Part shown: in pieces, positions 9,844-19,276 of the stretch
How positions within the stretch are numbered: the stretch's first letter is position 1
Layout of the letters: each line of letters starts with the position of its first letter
From: Thermotogaceae bacterium
GTDB taxonomy: Bacteria; Thermotogota; Thermotogae; B21-G9; HyVt-16
DNA: 64,000 bases
Reading direction: 5' to 3'
Assembly: GCA_029981435.1 (NCBI GenBank)
Contig: JARRBB010000002.1
Span: 1,042 to 65,041 of the forward strand
Translations under genes and position numbers: made by a program
Notes under the pieces: model-generated
The model's input: the letters and a program-made list of their open reading frames with translations, nothing else
Told to the model about the DNA's origin: nothing
Databases searched by the model: none

Positions 9844-10929
9844 ATGAAAAAACTTCTTTTGGGATTTATTTTTTTTATTTCATTCACCGCAGTTGCACTT
9901 TCAGTTGAATTAGAATTCAAACTTTTTGGAGCTCCTTGGTGCGAGTACTGCGCTCAAGAAAAAATGATACTCACTGAAGCTTTTCCAGAGGCTTCAATTC
10001 AATTCTTTGACTTAACTTCTACAAACACTGCCAGAGAATTCGAGGTCATCTATCAACAGGTTTTCCCCGCAAAACAGGAAAGGTATTATCCCCTAACCAT
10101 CGGAATTAAAAATGGTAGAATATTTGCAATAGCAGTTGGGGCTCAGAGTGAAGAATTCTGGAAAGAAGCTTTAAATAGAAAAGATGTAACAATAAAATTC
10201 ATGGGGGAAAAAGAGAATTTCGTTGAAAATATAGAACTTCGAGATGTTTCATTCTTCAAACCTAAAAGTCTGGGTGAAATCCTCGCAATCTGTATTACTT
10301 CGGCTCTCCTTGATGCCATAAATCCCTGCGCCATAAATGTTTTACTCGTTTTTTTGACACTGATGCTTGTAAACATTGGTTCGAAGAAAAAGATAATTCA
10401 ATCCGGGTTGAGTTTCACTTTAGCGACTTTTGTGGTTTATTATTTAATGGGATTAGGTTTGATAACAGTTATAAAAAGCCTTTGGTGGATAAAATATCCT
10501 CTGTATATCTTCGCAGGCTGGATTGGTTTTATGGAAATGTTTAATGGATTCAAAGGAAAAGACTGGTCGCCAATACCTAAGCGCTGGAAAAGTTCTGTTG
10601 AAAAAGGAATGAGGACTATATTATCCCCTCTTGGAGCTCTTATAATTGGTTTTTTTGTTGGGATCGTACTTCTTCCATGTACTTCTGGTCCATACGTAGT
10701 GGCACTATCGGTCTTGAGCGGGATGGATAGTTTTATAAAATTTTTCATACTTGTACTATACAATCTGATATTTGTTTCACCGTTTATTGCCTTAACTTTT
10801 CTTGTTCCATTTGGCTTGAGTACCATGAAATTGAAAAAACTGAAGAAAAGTTCAACTGAAGTGATGGAAATAATTACCGGTGGGGCATTACTCACTTTGG
10901 TAATTGTATCGATAATATTTGGTTTTTAA
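9844..10929 (+). CDS. thioredoxin-like domain fused to a CcdA/DsbD-type transmembrane thiol:disulfide electron-transfer domain
   Basis: A signal peptide precedes a CxxC (WCEYC) thioredoxin fold of about 130 aa. A six-transmembrane domain follows with conserved Cys pairs (AINPCAINVLL; LLPCTSGP), as in CcdA. Confidence 0.75.
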   Translation: MKKLLLGFIFFISFTAVALSVELEFKLFGAPWCEYCAQEKMILTEAFPEASIQFFDLTSTNTAREFEVIYQQVFPAKQERYYPLTIGIKNGRIFAIAVGAQSEEFWKEALNRKDVTIKFMGEKENFVENIELRDVSFFKPKSLGEILAICITSALLDAINPCAINVLLVFLTLMLVNIGSKKKIIQSGLSFTLATFVVYYLMGLGLITVIKSLWWIKYPLYIFAGWIGFMEMFNGFKGKDWSPIPKRWKSSVEKGMRTILSPLGALIIGFFVGIVLLPCTSGPYVVALSVLSGMDSFIKFFILVLYNLIFVSPFIALTFLVPFGLSTMKLKKLKKSSTEVMEIITGGALLTLVIVSIIFGF

Positions 10930-10941
10930 GGGGGAGTACAG

Positions 10942-12219
10942 ATGATTAAATTTGAAGAACTTTTGGGAAAGGAATTCGATTGTGAGTGTGGTAAAACTCA
11001 TAGAATCAAAGTTGAAAGAATGATATCGAAGGATATGATATCTAATAAAGACCTTGAGTTTGAATTAGAAAGATTGAAAGCTAAAAAACCTGTTTTTGTC
11101 TGTGATGAGAATACTCTTGAAGCTGTTAAAAAAGATATCTCACTTGAAGGTATGAGAGTTTTCATTTTAGAACCTCGAAATAGAGTTCTGGCTGATATTG
11201 AAAATTCTAAAAAGATCATAAATGACTCGAAGAACAGCGACCTGTTGGTGTCAATTGGATCAGGAACCATAAACGACATAACCAAATACGCTGCACAAGA
11301 ATTGGGGCTTAATTACATCTGTATACCAACTGCACCATCGGTTGATGGCTATACTTCACCTGTTACGGCTTTACTTGTGAATGGTTTTAAAGAAACTCTC
11401 AATGCAGAGCCTCCAAAAACCGTTCTGGTAAGCCTAAGAGTAATAAAAGAGAGTCCAATCGATCTTATTAAAGCAGGTATTGGTGATGCAATGGCTAAAA
11501 TAACAGCCCGAATGGATTGGCTACTATCAAAAGTAATTAATTCAGAGTATGTTTGTGATTTTACGTGGAAAATAATGGTTGATGACATAAAACAGATAAC
11601 AAAAAACATTGATTTAGCAATTGAAAGAGATGGAAAAACGCTCAATATTCTCATGAGATTATTGTCAAATTCAGGGATTGCAATGTCGATGGCGGGAAAT
11701 TCTCGACCTGCATCAGGTGCCGAACACATCGTTTCACACTTTATAGAAATGTACTATGAATTAAACAATGAACTTCCATTGTTCCATGGTATACAGGTAT
11801 CCCTGGGGACACTGATATCTCTAAAAGCCTACAATTATCTGTTCAATGGATTAGATTCCTTGAAGGTTATTGATATTGACATTGATGAAAGGAAGAAAAA
11901 TCTAACAAAATTGTTTGGTGAATCTCTGGGAAATCAATTGATGGAAATTTATAATATGAAAATGAAAAAACTTAAAAAGCCAGACAAAGCACTTATTGAG
12001 AAAGCAAAAAATGAAATATTGCCTGTCTATAGTGAGTTTGTTGAAAGTGCTGAAAAGGCCATTTCGAAATTAAACCTTGAATCAGAGTATTCCAAAATCG
12101 ATGAAGATCTAATCAGAAAAGCTGTAATGTTCTCTAATAGTCTCCGTGACAGATATACGATCTTCGATCTCTTTGATTCCCTTGGACTAATAAAAGATTT
12201 TTCATCAAAATGTTTATGA
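10942..12219 (+). CDS. glycerol-1-phosphate dehydrogenase [NAD(P)+]-like protein (AraM/EgsA family, Fe-ADH_2 fold) with a C-terminal extension
   Basis: The Gly-rich NAD motif GSGTINDITKYAA and the metal-site motif IPTAPSVDGYTSP closely match the G1PDH/AraM signature. The protein is about 425 aa, roughly 80 aa longer than typical members. Confidence 0.65.
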   Translation: MIKFEELLGKEFDCECGKTHRIKVERMISKDMISNKDLEFELERLKAKKPVFVCDENTLEAVKKDISLEGMRVFILEPRNRVLADIENSKKIINDSKNSDLLVSIGSGTINDITKYAAQELGLNYICIPTAPSVDGYTSPVTALLVNGFKETLNAEPPKTVLVSLRVIKESPIDLIKAGIGDAMAKITARMDWLLSKVINSEYVCDFTWKIMVDDIKQITKNIDLAIERDGKTLNILMRLLSNSGIAMSMAGNSRPASGAEHIVSHFIEMYYELNNELPLFHGIQVSLGTLISLKAYNYLFNGLDSLKVIDIDIDERKKNLTKLFGESLGNQLMEIYNMKMKKLKKPDKALIEKAKNEILPVYSEFVESAEKAISKLNLESEYSKIDEDLIRKAVMFSNSLRDRYTIFDLFDSLGLIKDFSSKCL

Positions 12220-12235
12220 AAATGGAGGGATTCAA

Positions 12236-12781
12236 ATGTCTATATTAGTTTTGAATGGCTCGCCTCGAATAGGTGGAAACACCGATGTGGTGCTTGAACA
12301 CCTTAGAGAAATGGCACCTGAAAACAGGAACTGGATTCATTTGAAGCTTGGAAGACTGAAGATATCACCATGTACTGCCTGCGATATGTGCTGGAATCCC
12401 GAACCCTGTGTCTTCAAAGATGATATGTCTAAAGTATTTGATATTTTACCAGAATCAAATTTGATAATATTCGCTTCACCAATATACTGGTGGAATGTGA
12501 CTTCATACTTGAAAATAGTTATAGATAGACTTTATCCGCTTGCTTCTGCAAAATCGCCGATAAATCTTTCAGGAAAGAAAGCAGCGATTGTATTTGTTTT
12601 TGCTGACGATGATCCAACAACCGCTGATTCAGCTAATATTATGTTCGATAGAATTTTCGAATATTTAAAACTTAAGGATGTGGGGAGATTAATTTTACCA
12701 GGTTTATGGAAAAAAGGTGAAGCAGAAAATGAAAAGGTTTTAGAGAAAATAAAAGATTTTTCGAAAAAAATATTTTCATAA
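12236..12781 (+). CDS. iron-sulfur flavoprotein / NADPH-dependent FMN reductase family
   Basis: A flavodoxin-like N-terminus ([16 protein letters not shown]) is followed by a compact Cys motif C-x2-C-x2-C-x5-C ([13 protein letters not shown]), as in the Isf family. Confidence 0.75.
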   Translation: MSILVLNGSPRIGGNTDVVLEHLREMAPENRNWIHLKLGRLKISPCTACDMCWNPEPCVFKDDMSKVFDILPESNLIIFASPIYWWNVTSYLKIVIDRLYPLASAKSPINLSGKKAAIVFVFADDDPTTADSANIMFDRIFEYLKLKDVGRLILPGLWKKGEAENEKVLEKIKDFSKKIFS

Positions 12782-12795
12782 AATTGGGTGATAGC

Positions 12796-13209
12796 ATGAA
12801 ATCATATACTGAATATCTCTGGTTCAATACAAATAAAAAAAGAGAGCTAGTGCACATAACCGATAAAGTGAGAGAAATCGTTAAAAAAAGTGGGATAAAA
12901 GAAGGATTTTGCCTTGTTTCAGCCATGCATATAACAGCTGGAATAATTGTGAATGATTATGAACCTGGTTTATGGGAAGACATATGGCAGTGGCTCGAAA
13001 GACTCGCACCATACAGAGAAGACTATTTACACAATCAGACAGGTGAAATCAACGGTGATGCACATTTAAAAAGAATTTTAACCCATCACCAAGTCATCAT
13101 ACCGGTTACAAATGGAGATCTTGATCTTGGACCATGGGAAGAAATTTTTTATGCAGAATATGATGGTCAAAGAAGGAAAAGAGTAGTTATAAAAATAATA
13201 GGTGAATAA
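12796..13209 (+). CDS. YjbQ/UPF0047 family (secondary thiamine-phosphate synthase-like) protein
   Basis: [23 protein letters not shown]...[19 protein letters not shown] is typical of YjbQ. The ATG at 12796 is preferred over the TTG at 12784. Confidence 0.75.
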   Translation: MKSYTEYLWFNTNKKRELVHITDKVREIVKKSGIKEGFCLVSAMHITAGIIVNDYEPGLWEDIWQWLERLAPYREDYLHNQTGEINGDAHLKRILTHHQVIIPVTNGDLDLGPWEEIFYAEYDGQRRKRVVIKIIGE

Positions 13210-13325
13210 CTTAATAATTATTGAAGTTATAAAAACTAAAAGTTTTGAAATTATAAGTTTATATTTTTATGATAGAATATACTTATAAAAGTAAAATTAT
13301 TAAAACTTAGGAGGTTTATAACTTT

Positions 13326-13691
13326 ATGAGTGAAATACTTATTAAGTCAAATATTCCTTTAAGAATCGACCAACTTGATAGGCTGACTCATATAACTACA
13401 GCCATAACAGCACTGAGAGAGAAAAATCAGGATAATGAAAGAATCACAAAAGCCACCATAATAAGAGCTTTGATTGATAATTTTGATTTTGCAAAGCTCA
13501 AGCTGGAAAATATAAGAGATGAAGCAACCTTAAAGGAAAGAGTTGCTGAAGTGATGAAAAACAACATTTCTCTTGATAAGTTTGCCGAATTTGAAAAGCA
13601 GTTCAAAGATAAACTTGGTGAGGAAAATTTCAATGAGATTAAAAAATGGTTCGTGGATCAAGGAATATTGCAGAACGAAAATCAGCACTAA
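13326..13691 (+). CDS. hypothetical protein (121 aa, charged and helical, no recognised domain)
   Basis: An isolated gene with its own AT-rich promoter (TGATAGAAT extended -10 at about 13270-13278), a strong ribosome-binding site TAGGAGG and a downstream hairpin. Confidence 0.5.
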   Translation: MSEILIKSNIPLRIDQLDRLTHITTAITALREKNQDNERITKATIIRALIDNFDFAKLKLENIRDEATLKERVAEVMKNNISLDKFAEFEKQFKDKLGEENFNEIKKWFVDQGILQNENQH

Positions 13692-13718
13692 TAAACGATT
13701 ACGTTAATCACATTGAAT

Positions 13719-13751
13719 CAACGCAACAAAATTAATTATTTTGTTGCGTTG
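13719..13751 (+). terminator. stem-loop (caacgcaacaaaa/ttttgttgcgttg) downstream of the 13326 gene; weak U-tract
   Basis: A 13-bp inverted repeat read directly from the sequence. It is followed by gaaaaag rather than a clean T-run. Confidence 0.45.
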
Positions 13752-13774
13752 AAAAAGGGGGATACAACATTATC

Positions 13775-14650
13775 TTGAATGACCTGAATATAAAAGAAAG
13801 CATAAAAGCGACTATAGAGGATTATGTATTCGTTACGATCGGTTCGTTGATAACAGCTATAGCGCTCGATCTCTTTCTAATACCTAACCAGATTATCGCT
13901 GGTGGAGTTAGCGGACTTGCAACCATAATTTACTACATGCTCAAGTTGCCAGTAGGACTTCAGATGTTAGGCTATAACGTGATACTTTTTATACTTGGAT
14001 TTAAATTACTTGGCTTACATTTCGGCTTTAAAAGCATTTATTCAGCAATAATTCTCTCTGTCTTCGTGGATTTTTTCAGTTTTATTGTAAAACTTCCCGT
14101 ACCTGATCTTTCTTCGGAATCACTTTTAGCACCTATTTATGGCGGTGCTCTGGCTGGATTGGGTATGGGAATCGTATTCTGGCGTGGTGCTTCAACCGGT
14201 GGTACGGACATAATCGCTCTAATTATAAATAGATATACCAATATATCCAACGGTACAGCCTTAATGATAATTGACACCCTTATAACTGTTTTTGCCATTT
14301 TCATCTTTGGACCTATAAAAGCAATGTATGGAATTTTAACTATTTTTGTAACAAGTAAAATCATAGATAGCGTATTGGAAGGTGTTGAGAGTACAAGAAG
14401 TGTGATGATTATAAGCGAAAAAATCGATGAAATAAAAAAAATGATACTCGATGATCTGGAACGTGGAGCAACGATAATAAACGCAACAGGAGCTTATACA
14501 AACACTAAAAGACCCGTTTTATGGGCCGTTGTTAGAAGAAGAGAGTTGGCCGTCTTGCGTAGACATATTCACAAGATAGATCCAAAAGCCTTTATTGTGA
14601 TATTAAAAAACTCTGAAGTTTTTGGAGAAGGATTTAAGAAAATAAGTTAA
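13775..14650 (+). CDS. YitT family membrane protein (DUF161/DUF2179)
   Basis: An N-terminal transmembrane domain is followed by a C-terminal DUF2179-like soluble domain (ISEKIDEIKKMILDDLERGATII). The start is TTG. Confidence 0.75.
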   Translation: MNDLNIKESIKATIEDYVFVTIGSLITAIALDLFLIPNQIIAGGVSGLATIIYYMLKLPVGLQMLGYNVILFILGFKLLGLHFGFKSIYSAIILSVFVDFFSFIVKLPVPDLSSESLLAPIYGGALAGLGMGIVFWRGASTGGTDIIALIINRYTNISNGTALMIIDTLITVFAIFIFGPIKAMYGILTIFVTSKIIDSVLEGVESTRSVMIISEKIDEIKKMILDDLERGATIINATGAYTNTKRPVLWAVVRRRELAVLRRHIHKIDPKAFIVILKNSEVFGEGFKKIS

Positions 14651-14749
14651 TGAATTAAAAACTTAAATAGTAAATAACTTATAAATCTAAAGACTTATAT
14701 ACTTTTTAAATCAAAAGATTACAAACCTAATAATAAAGGAGGTATTTAA

Positions 14750-15976
14750 GTGAATAATCAATTAATAAAATCAGGAATTAATAAAATAAGCTGGGCAATG
14801 AAGTATATGGATGTACTTTACACTTTAAAAAAAGAACTCGAAAGCGAAAAACCATTAAAAGGTGCAAGAATAGCCATGTCAATTCATTTAGAAGCCAAAA
14901 CAGCTAATCTTGCACTCGTTTTAAAAGATATGGGAGCAGAGGTTATTTCCACGGGTTGTAATCCTCTTTCAACTCAGGATGATGTGGCACAGGCACTTGC
15001 AACCATGGGAATAAAGGTTTTTGCAAAGAGAACCCATGATGAAAACGAATATTTTGAGAATCTTTATAAAACACTTGATCAGAAGCCTAATTTGATACTT
15101 GACGATGGTGCAGATTTGACGACTATACTTCATACTCAAAGAATGGATCAACTCAATGAAATTGTTGGAGCTTGTGAGGAAACAACAACGGGTTTGAAAA
15201 GAATGCGTTCTCTCGAAAAGGAAGGTAAACTTTCTTATCCTGTAATAGCGGTAAATGATGCCCAGATGAAGCATCTTTTTGACAATAGATATGGTACCGG
15301 TCAATCAACCTGGGATGCAATAATGAGGAATACAAACTTATTGGTAGCTGGAAAAAATGTTCTGGTCTGTGGATATGGTTGGTGTGGTAGAGGAATTGCT
15401 ATGAGGGCAAAAGGATTGGGGGCAAATGTAATTGTTTCAGAAGTAAATCCAATTAAAGCAATTGAAGCAGCGATGGATGGTTTCAGAGTTATGAATTCCC
15501 TTGAAGCTGCAAAGATTGCAGATATAATAGTAACAGCAACAGGTAATAGAGACGTTATAACACATGAACATTTTAAGGTAATGAAAGATAAAGTGATCCT
15601 TGCAAACGCCGGACATTTTAACGTTGAAATTCCTTTTGAATTACTTGAAAAACTTGCAAAATCAAAGAAAGAAGTTAGAGAAAATGTCGTTGAATATGAA
15701 ATGGAAGATGGAAAAAGGTTTTATCTATTAGCCGAGGGAAGATTGGTTAATTTAGCCGCTGGTGATGGGCATCCTGTTGAAATAATGGACATGTCTTTCT
15801 CAATACAACTTTTATCTTTGATATATCTATGGCAAAACAGAGGAAAATTAGAAAACAAAGTTATAAAAGTACCAGAAGAGATTGATATGAAAGTTGCAAG
15901 AACAAAATTAGAAACTCTTGGAATAAAGATCGACGAATTAACAGAAGCACAAAAAAGATACCTCGATAGTATTTAA
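14750..15976 (+). CDS. ahcY: adenosylhomocysteinase
   Basis: [15 protein letters not shown], the NAD-binding [24 protein letters not shown] and a C-terminal YLDS-type tail are present. A GTG start follows AAGGAGG. Confidence 0.9.
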   Translation: MNNQLIKSGINKISWAMKYMDVLYTLKKELESEKPLKGARIAMSIHLEAKTANLALVLKDMGAEVISTGCNPLSTQDDVAQALATMGIKVFAKRTHDENEYFENLYKTLDQKPNLILDDGADLTTILHTQRMDQLNEIVGACEETTTGLKRMRSLEKEGKLSYPVIAVNDAQMKHLFDNRYGTGQSTWDAIMRNTNLLVAGKNVLVCGYGWCGRGIAMRAKGLGANVIVSEVNPIKAIEAAMDGFRVMNSLEAAKIADIIVTATGNRDVITHEHFKVMKDKVILANAGHFNVEIPFELLEKLAKSKKEVRENVVEYEMEDGKRFYLLAEGRLVNLAAGDGHPVEIMDMSFSIQLLSLIYLWQNRGKLENKVIKVPEEIDMKVARTKLETLGIKIDELTEAQKRYLDSI

Positions 15977-16085
15977 GGAGGCTTAGAAGATTACAATAAC
16001 TGTTGAATACGTAAGAGAAAAGCTCAAAAGTAAAATCGAAATTTTAGATAGGTATTTAGAACTTGTTAGAAACAGAAATAAAAAC

Positions 16086-16685
16086 ATGAACCTTGTCTCG
16101 TTCCCAGAAGCTGAATTTTTCCTGGAAATAGTTGTAGATTCTATAACTCCGTGGCTGGCAGGAATTATTAAAAATCAAAAAGATAAAAAAATTCTTGATA
16201 TAGGAACAGGAGCAGGGATCCCAGGAATTCCTTTAGCTATAGTATTAGATAGAATCTCATTCCATCTGTTAGATTCAAAAAAGAAAAAAATAGACTTCGT
16301 TCATCAGGTAAAACAAGAATTGAAACTTTCAAACGTTGAAACACATTGTGAAAGAGTTGAAGTATTTGCTCTTAAAAATTTAAGAAGCTTCGATATGGTC
16401 GTTTCACGAGCCGTTGGTGAAATAGTTGTTTTACTGGAGTATGCAGCACCATTATTAAAATTAGGTGGAAAATTAATACTATACAAAGGTGAAAAAACCG
16501 TTGAAGAATTAGAAAAGGCCAGAAAAGCTATTGACTTGCTGGGATTTAATGAACCAGATATTTTTAAATACGAGTTAAATGAACAAAAAAGAAGAACTCT
16601 ATTGGTTTTCAGTAAAATTTTTGAAACACCTGAAGGATTCCCAAGAAAGCCTGGTATGGCTACGAAGAAACCTCTGGTCAAATAG
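16086..16685 (+). CDS. rsmG: 16S rRNA (guanine527-N7)-methyltransferase RsmG (GidB); first ATG shown, true start probably upstream at about 15990
   Basis: ILDIGTGAGIPGIPLAI and FDMVVSRAV are GidB motifs. The frame is open back to the TAG at 15984-15986 and encodes KITITVEYVREKLKSKIEILDRYLELVRNRNKN, which is the conserved RsmG N-terminus. Confidence 0.85.
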   Translation: MNLVSFPEAEFFLEIVVDSITPWLAGIIKNQKDKKILDIGTGAGIPGIPLAIVLDRISFHLLDSKKKKIDFVHQVKQELKLSNVETHCERVEVFALKNLRSFDMVVSRAVGEIVVLLEYAAPLLKLGGKLILYKGEKTVEELEKARKAIDLLGFNEPDIFKYELNEQKRRTLLVFSKIFETPEGFPRKPGMATKKPLVK

Positions 16686-16693
16686 GAGTGATA

Positions 16694-17800
16694 ATGATAA
16701 AGTACCTTGCAACTTGTGCATCAGGTTTAGAAGGTGCTCTATGTAAAGAACTCAGAAATATGGATTATAAAATTCTTCATACAATTAGAGGAAGGGTCTT
16801 ATTTGAAGCTCCTATTGAGGATGTTTTTAAACTGAACTTATGGCTCAGAACGGCCGAAAGAGTCATAATGGTTTTGAAACAATTCAAAGCTGAAAATTTT
16901 GATGAATTGTTTGATGGAATATCTCAAATATCTTGGGGAGATTACATAAATAAAAAAGGTGCTTTTCCCATAGCAAAAGTAAAATCAAACAAATCTAAAC
17001 TCTTCAGTCTTTCGGATATACAGGCAGTTTCCAAAAAGGCAATTGTTGCGAGTTTATCCAGAAAATATAAGATAAAAACATTTGAGGAAAAAGGTCCTGT
17101 TTTTCCAGTGCATCTGTATATAAAAAAGGACATAGTAACAATCGGTATAGATACAACAGGTGAAAATGGTTTACATAAGCGTGGCTATCGTATATATGTT
17201 TCTGAAGCACCGTTGCGTGAAACTATTGCTGCTGCAATGGTACTACTGAGCAACTGGAATTCAGAAAATCCCCTTTGGGATCCATTTTGCGGTTCGGGTA
17301 CAATACCAATAGAAGCTTCTATGATAGCCTTAAATATTGCTCCAGGACTTTTCAGAAAATTCATTTGCAATTATTGGCCCTTTCTTGATTCAAACCTATG
17401 GAAATTCGAAGTTGAAAAGGCGAAAAGTTCTATAAAAAGTAATGATTTCTCAATAACTGGTAGTGACATATCGGCAAAAATGATAGAAATTGCAATCTTA
17501 AACGCTAAAAATCTAAAGCTCCACAAAAAAATAAAATTTGAAAATAAGAATTTTTTTGAAATTACCAAGATCCCACCAAAAAGTTGGATTATAACCAATC
17601 CACCATATGGTCGAAGGTTGCAAACACAAGAGTCTCAAATATTGAAACAATTTAAAAAGATATTTGAAGGCAGTGAAGATGTTTCTCTACATTTTTTGAG
17701 TAGCTCAGAAAAAATTCCTAAAGTCTTTGAAAAGAAACCACGGAAAACCATCACAATTTACAACAGCAGTTTGAAAACCTATCTATATCAGTACTGGTAA
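16694..17800 (+). CDS. THUMP-domain class I SAM-dependent RNA methyltransferase (RlmL/RlmK-N-like, N6-adenine/N2-guanine amino-MTase type)
   Basis: An N-terminal THUMP-like region is followed by FCGSGTIPIEA (motif I) and ITNPPYGRRL (motif IV). The ATG at 16694 follows AGGAG. Confidence 0.75.
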   Translation: MIKYLATCASGLEGALCKELRNMDYKILHTIRGRVLFEAPIEDVFKLNLWLRTAERVIMVLKQFKAENFDELFDGISQISWGDYINKKGAFPIAKVKSNKSKLFSLSDIQAVSKKAIVASLSRKYKIKTFEEKGPVFPVHLYIKKDIVTIGIDTTGENGLHKRGYRIYVSEAPLRETIAAAMVLLSNWNSENPLWDPFCGSGTIPIEASMIALNIAPGLFRKFICNYWPFLDSNLWKFEVEKAKSSIKSNDFSITGSDISAKMIEIAILNAKNLKLHKKIKFENKNFFEITKIPPKSWIITNPPYGRRLQTQESQILKQFKKIFEGSEDVSLHFLSSSEKIPKVFEKKPRKTITIYNSSLKTYLYQYW

Positions 17801-17845
17801 GTTTTGAATTTTGATATGATATTATTTTAAAGAGGTGAATTTAAA

Positions 17846-18781
17846 ATGTTAAAACTGATTGAATCAGTGCCAAATTTCAGTGAAGGAAGAAGAATAGAAG
17901 TTGTTGAGGAAATAATAAGGACCTGCGAAAAGTTCGACAAAGTTTGGGTTTTAGACTGGTCCATGGATTACGATCATAATAGGTCGGTTGTAACTTTAAT
18001 TGGAACACCTGAACAAATAAATGATGCTCTATTCGATATGACTAAGAAAGCTTCTGAACTGATTGATCTAAGAAAACACAAAGGCGAGCATCCACGTATG
18101 GGAGCAACGGATGTGATTCCGTTGGTTCCTATCTGGAATTGTAAAATGGAAGAGTGCATAGAGATTTCCAAGGAACTTGGAAAAAGAATTGGCGAAGAAC
18201 TTAACATCCCTGTTTATCTTTATGAAAAGTCTGCCACTAAACCAGTGAGAGAAAATCTTGCTGAAATAAGAAAAGGGGAATTCGAGCATTTTCATGAAAA
18301 AATATTACTCGAAGGTTGGGAACCGGATTTCGGTCCGAGAAAAGTTCATCCTACAGCGGGTGTAACAGCAGTTGGAGCTCGCGAACATCTTATCGCTTTG
18401 AATGTGAATCTCCGAACAGATAGAATCGATATTGCAAAAAACATTGCAAAAGCTGTCAGACACTCAAGTGGTGGATTTAGATATGTTAAAGCGATTGGAA
18501 TTGAACTTAAAGAGAAAGGGATAGTCCAGGTTTCTATGAATCTCACTAATTATAAAAGAAGTCCCATACACAGAGTCTTTGAATTGATAAAACTTGAAGC
18601 AGAAAGATATGGTGTACAAATTGCAGGTACTGAGGTAATCGGTTTGATACCCATGGATGCACTGGTAAAAGTTGCTGAATTTTATCTTAAGTTTGAAGAT
18701 TTCGAATCCTCAAGAATATTAGAGAAAAAATTGCTGGAAATTTTTTCAAAGGAACTTGTAAAAGAAAATGGAGAGGATTGA
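17846..18781 (+). CDS. glutamate formimidoyltransferase (FtcD N-terminal formiminotransferase domain)
   Basis: The opening MLKLIESVPNFSEGRR is the hallmark of the formiminotransferase family. Size is about 310 aa. Confidence 0.75.
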   Translation: MLKLIESVPNFSEGRRIEVVEEIIRTCEKFDKVWVLDWSMDYDHNRSVVTLIGTPEQINDALFDMTKKASELIDLRKHKGEHPRMGATDVIPLVPIWNCKMEECIEISKELGKRIGEELNIPVYLYEKSATKPVRENLAEIRKGEFEHFHEKILLEGWEPDFGPRKVHPTAGVTAVGAREHLIALNVNLRTDRIDIAKNIAKAVRHSSGGFRYVKAIGIELKEKGIVQVSMNLTNYKRSPIHRVFELIKLEAERYGVQIAGTEVIGLIPMDALVKVAEFYLKFEDFESSRILEKKLLEIFSKELVKENGED

Positions 18782-18784
18782 AGC

Positions 18785-19258
18785 TTGAAAATAATTATCC
18801 TATGTGTTGGGGGAATAAAAACTAATTTTTTGAAAATGGGTATAAAACAGTACGAAAAATGGTTGTCGAGATATATAAAAGTGGAGACACTCTATTTAAA
18901 AAGTGGGGGTGACATAAACAGGGTTCCAAAAGAAAAAGTACTTCACAACGAAGCAACTAAATTGATAAAATACATTAAGGATGATTATTACAATATTCTT
19001 CTGGACAAAGGTGGAGAGGAATTTTCCTCTGAAGATTTTGCAAAGTTTATAGATCAAACAATTGTTGATGGAAGCAAGTCTGCTATTTTATTTGTTGTTG
19101 GTGGTGTTCATGGAGTTTCAGAAAACATTAAAAATAAGGTTGACAAAAAAATATCTCTGTCAAGAATGACGTTTACCCATGAGTTATCTGTTTTTATTCT
19201 ACTTGAACAATTGTACAGGGCATTCAAAATTATCAACAACGAAAAATATCATTACTGA
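18785..19258 (+). CDS. rlmH: 23S rRNA (pseudouridine1915-N3)-methyltransferase RlmH (SPOUT)
   Basis: The 157-aa product starts at a TTG and is collinear with RlmH (ILFVVGGVHGVS...LSLSRMTFTHEL). Confidence 0.8.
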   Translation: MKIIILCVGGIKTNFLKMGIKQYEKWLSRYIKVETLYLKSGGDINRVPKEKVLHNEATKLIKYIKDDYYNILLDKGGEEFSSEDFAKFIDQTIVDGSKSAILFVVGGVHGVSENIKNKVDKKISLSRMTFTHELSVFILLEQLYRAFKIINNEKYHY

Positions 19259-19276
19259 TAAAGAGGTGAGAGTTTA

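Noticed and set aside
14651-14749. Possible SAH riboswitch upstream of ahcY
   Set aside because: The 99-nt leader is almost pure A/T with no G/C-rich pairing elements, so it cannot form the SAH-riboswitch pseudoknot.
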